A DNA stretch of 64,000 nucleotides, taken from positions 190,429-254,428 of the forward strand of contig NIVC01001629.1 in NCBI GenBank assembly GCA_002269645.1, read 5' to 3'. The position numbers were made by a program, and so were the translations under genes. The notes beneath the pieces are model-generated. The model did no database searches and was not told where the DNA came from. It saw nothing but the letters and a program-made list of their open reading frames with translations. Positions 61,235 to 64,000 of this stretch are shown piece after piece. Every line of letters begins with the position of its first letter. Within the stretch, counting starts at the first letter, position 1. This DNA comes from Macrostomum lignano. Lineage: Eukaryota.

Positions 61235-61930
61235 GTCGGCCAGTCGCTGCTGGCCACGCTGGGCCGCCTCGCCGCCTCCTCCGGCTTCGGCCACCTGAAG
61301 CTGCTGGTGCAGCGCAGCAACGCGCCGGCCGTGAACTGCTACAGACGTCTGGGGTTCGAATTCCTGAGCGATACGGAGAACATCGGCTTCTTCGAGCTGT
61401 GGCCGGCCAAGTTCGTGAACTCGATGCTTCGGGCGGGTCGCCGGCCGCTGCCCGCCGGCCTCAGCCTGGAGCTGCGGGACTGCGACGGCCGGCTGTCGGG
61501 CGGGCTGGAGGCCGGGCGGCGGTTCGCCCTGACCTGCGCGGCCTGCGACTGCCGCCTTCAGGGCACCGCGGCGCTCACCTACTGCATGTGGGACGGCTGC
61601 ATCATGCTGGCCGACCTGCGGCTGGTGCGGCCCGCCTGCGCCCAGCGGCCCTGCCAGCTGCTGAGCGTCGCCAATCTGAAGCGGCTGCTGGGCCGCCTGG
61701 CACTCAGCCTGGCTGCGTCGCCAAGGCGGCTTTGGCTGGAGGCGCCTCGGCAGCAGACCGAGCTGCACCGGATGCTGCTGCACACCGGACTGGAGGACTT
61801 GGACGGCCGCCACGACGGAGACTGGGTCGTCTGCGCGCTGCGGGGCGCCCAGCTCTGCGGCCTGGCGGAGCGGCAAGTCGCGGATCATTTTGTGATTGAG
61901 GCCGACTGTGCTGCGCCTGCGATTCTGTAG
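61235..61930 (+). CDS. GNAT paralog 2, terminal exon (total 330 aa)
   Basis: Acceptor AACCCGCAG; VGQSLLATLG...SNAPAVNCYRRLGF, TYCMWDG, HTGLEDLDGRHDGDWVVC; stop TAG. Confidence 0.88.
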   Translation, partial: VGQSLLATLGRLAASSGFGHLKLLVQRSNAPAVNCYRRLGFEFLSDTENIGFFELWPAKFVNSMLRAGRRPLPAGLSLELRDCDGRLSGGLEAGRRFALTCAACDCRLQGTAALTYCMWDGCIMLADLRLVRPACAQRPCQLLSVANLKRLLGRLALSLAASPRRLWLEAPRQQTELHRMLLHTGLEDLDGRHDGDWVVCALRGAQLCGLAERQVADHFVIEADCAAPAIL

Positions 61931-62472
61931 TGTGCTCAGCAGTGTGCTCAGCAGTGTGCTCAGCAGTGTGCTCAGCAGTGTGCTCAGTAGTGTGCTCAGC
62001 AGTGTGCTCAGCAGTGTGCTCAGTAGTTTGCTCAGCAGTGTGCTCAGCAGTGTGCTTAGTAGTGTGCTCAGCAGTGTGCTCAGCAGTGTGCTCAGCAGTG
62101 TGCTTAGTAGTGTGCTCAGCAGTGTGCTCAGCAGTGTGCTTAGTAGTGTGCTCAGCACTGTGCTCAGCAGTGTGCTCAGTAGTGTGCTCAGCAGTGTGCT
62201 CAGTAGTGTGCTCAGCAGTGTGCTCAGCAGTGTACTCAGTAGTGTGCTCAGCACTGTGCTCATCAGTGTGCTCAGCAGTGTGCTCAGCACTGTGCTCAGC
62301 CGTGTGCTCAGCAGTGTGCTCAGTAGTGTGCTCAGTAGTGTGCTCAGTAGTGTGCTCAGCAGTGTACTCAGTAGTGTGCTCAGCACTGTGCTCATCAGTG
62401 TGCTCAGCAGTGTGCTCAGCACTGTGCTCAGCCGTGTGCTCAGCAGTGTGCTCAGTAGTGTGCTCAGCAGTG
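61928..62472. repeat. 12-bp minisatellite (AGTGTGCTCAGC)n
   Basis: Begins within the stop codon TAG. Confidence 0.96.
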
Positions 62473-63224
62473 ATGCTGAGTTTATTTGCAGTATTGTTTG
62501 CAGTTTGCACTAAACCCAGCGTTTATAATCTGGTTGTACTGATTTTATCTATCGAACGCTCTTTCACGCAATGGCAATATTTTTTGTATTTCAAGTTGTG
62601 AGAGAAACTCTTTTGCAAACCTTTTTTAGCCTCTCTGCTCTCCATCTTTGATTGCGGGACATTGCAACCCTTCAAAATGCTTTTGTACTTTTGTACAGTA
62701 TATATATACACTGATTGTACGTATTGCTAGCGACCAGATCCCACACCTTGCTGCTATATCCTACTGCCAAGTCTCAATCCCCTACCCCGCACCGGTAAGA
62801 AATTCTTTTGTTTGCCCTCAAGTGCAGAGTCTGAGAAGCAGCTCAGAATTGGGAAAGCAGAGTGACGCGCGGGGCTCGCGGAACCGCCTTTTGTCCAAAT
62901 AAATTTCCTGCTACCTGTCTGATGCAACTGTTAACAATTCAACTATCCCGTTGTCCCCAATCGGATGTACTTTTATTTTGATTAGATTTTATTACCATAA
63001 GCAGTACAAATCCTGCGCTGTGCAATAAATTTACTTGTCTGATTAGCTTAGAAAATTGTAATTTTTTTAGCTGAGTGCATCGCTTTATTGTATCAAATAT
63101 CATTAGATATGTTATCCACACAGGCGTGGCAAACTGCAGTTTGTCGTTCGTGTTTTTGTCTGCTCAAGTGATTGTATCATTTTCACTGCTATGCCAATGT
63201 TTTACAGTTCTCTCTGGTGTCGTG

Positions 63225-63530
63225 CGGGATCTTTTAGGGTGAGATTGTGGGATCTTTTAGGGTGAGATTGTGGTATATTTTAGGGTGAGATTGTGGGATC
63301 TTTTAGGGTGAGATTGTGGGATCTTTTAGGGTGAGATTGTGGGATCTTTTCAGTGAGATTGTGGGATCTTTTAGTGTGAGATTGTGGGATCTTTTAGGGT
63401 GAGATTGTGGGATCTTTTAGGGTGAGATTGTGGTATATTTTAGGGTGAGATTGTGGGATCTTTTAGTGAAATTGTGGGATCCTTAGGAAGTGAGATTGTG
63501 GGATCTTTAGGGAGATTGTGGGATATTTTG
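63225..63530. repeat. 23-bp minisatellite (GGGATCTTTTAGGGTGAGATTGT)n
   Basis: About 13 copies. Confidence 0.94.
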
Positions 63531-63694
63531 GTATGATATTTCGGGGTCTTGGATGCAGCTTTCAAAGGATCTTGTCAGAACACATCTTGAGCACCTGATC
63601 AGTGAAATTTAGGCCAGATTTTGCTTTAAAAAATTTACTGGCTAAAACTTTTCATTCGTTTCTGCATCCGTTGCCCTAAAACTTTTCCAGCAAA

Positions 63695-64000
63695 ATGTCT
63701 GTTGCCATGGTGACTGGCAGTTGCGGCCAGCCGGCCCAGCCAGCGCTGCTCATCAGGCAGGGCGCCCCGGAGGACCTCCTGGAGGCCGCCGAGCTGGAGG
63801 AGGAGCTGGCAGCCTGCCATGACGGCATGCAGCTGTACAGCCGCTGCAGCGCCGTCGAGCACCGCCTCATGATGCTGGCCGGCCTGCTCAGGCTGCTGGT
63901 CGCGGTTGCTATGGCAACCGGCCGGATTGTGGGCTTCGTCCTGTACACCGTGTCTCAACGTGTCCCAGCAGGACCTGCCAGGCCTCTACGTGCAGAGCCT
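63695..64000 (+). CDS. GNAT paralog 3, exon 1 (truncated by window edge; apparent frameshift near 63950-63956)
   Basis: LLIRQGAPEDLLEAAELEEELAACHDGMQLY...MLAGLLRLLVA...GRIVGFVLYT aligns with paralog 2. PGLYVQSL is encoded in a shifted frame. Absent from the ORF track because it has no stop in the window. Confidence 0.85.
   Translation, partial: MSVAMVTGSCGQPAQPALLIRQGAPEDLLEAAELEEELAACHDGMQLYSRCSAVEHRLMMLAGLLRLLVAVAMATGRIVGFVLYTVSQRVPAGPARPLRAEP

Overview
Eukaryotic (metazoan) genomic DNA: spliced genes with GC-rich coding exons and GT-AG introns, interleaved with about 40 distinct micro/minisatellite arrays that cover roughly a third of the window. This architecture resembles the flatworm Macrostomum lignano (inference, not proven). 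Genes reconstructed by hand, with exon phases checked: the 3' end of a TOPAZ1-like gene (+); an sNPF/PrRP/NPY-type class A GPCR with an intronless CDS (-); an orphan 247-aa secreted protein (+) whose 8.9-kb first coding intron carries a young but broken Mag-clade Ty3/Gypsy element (LTRs 24165-24429 and 28366-28619, TSD AGAAA); a 1199-aa intronless Q/H-rich repeat ORF (+); a short CEP135/TSGA10-like coiled-coil gene (-); three exons of an unknown Pro/Ser-rich gene (+); an ARHGAP11A-like RhoGAP with a 1-nt frameshift (+); and a tandem cluster of three SSAT-like GNAT acetyltransferases (+). The best leads are: (1) the GNAT paralogs, which look like single-chain SSAT pseudo-dimers with one active-looking and one degenerate domain; (2) a 12x43-bp minisatellite built from an exon end plus its splice donor; (3) hairpin-containing minisatellite units; (4) a local cluster of RFX X-box motifs, some centred on start codons. 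All homology calls come from remembered motifs. No search was run. No CRISPR array, rRNA or complete tRNA gene was found.
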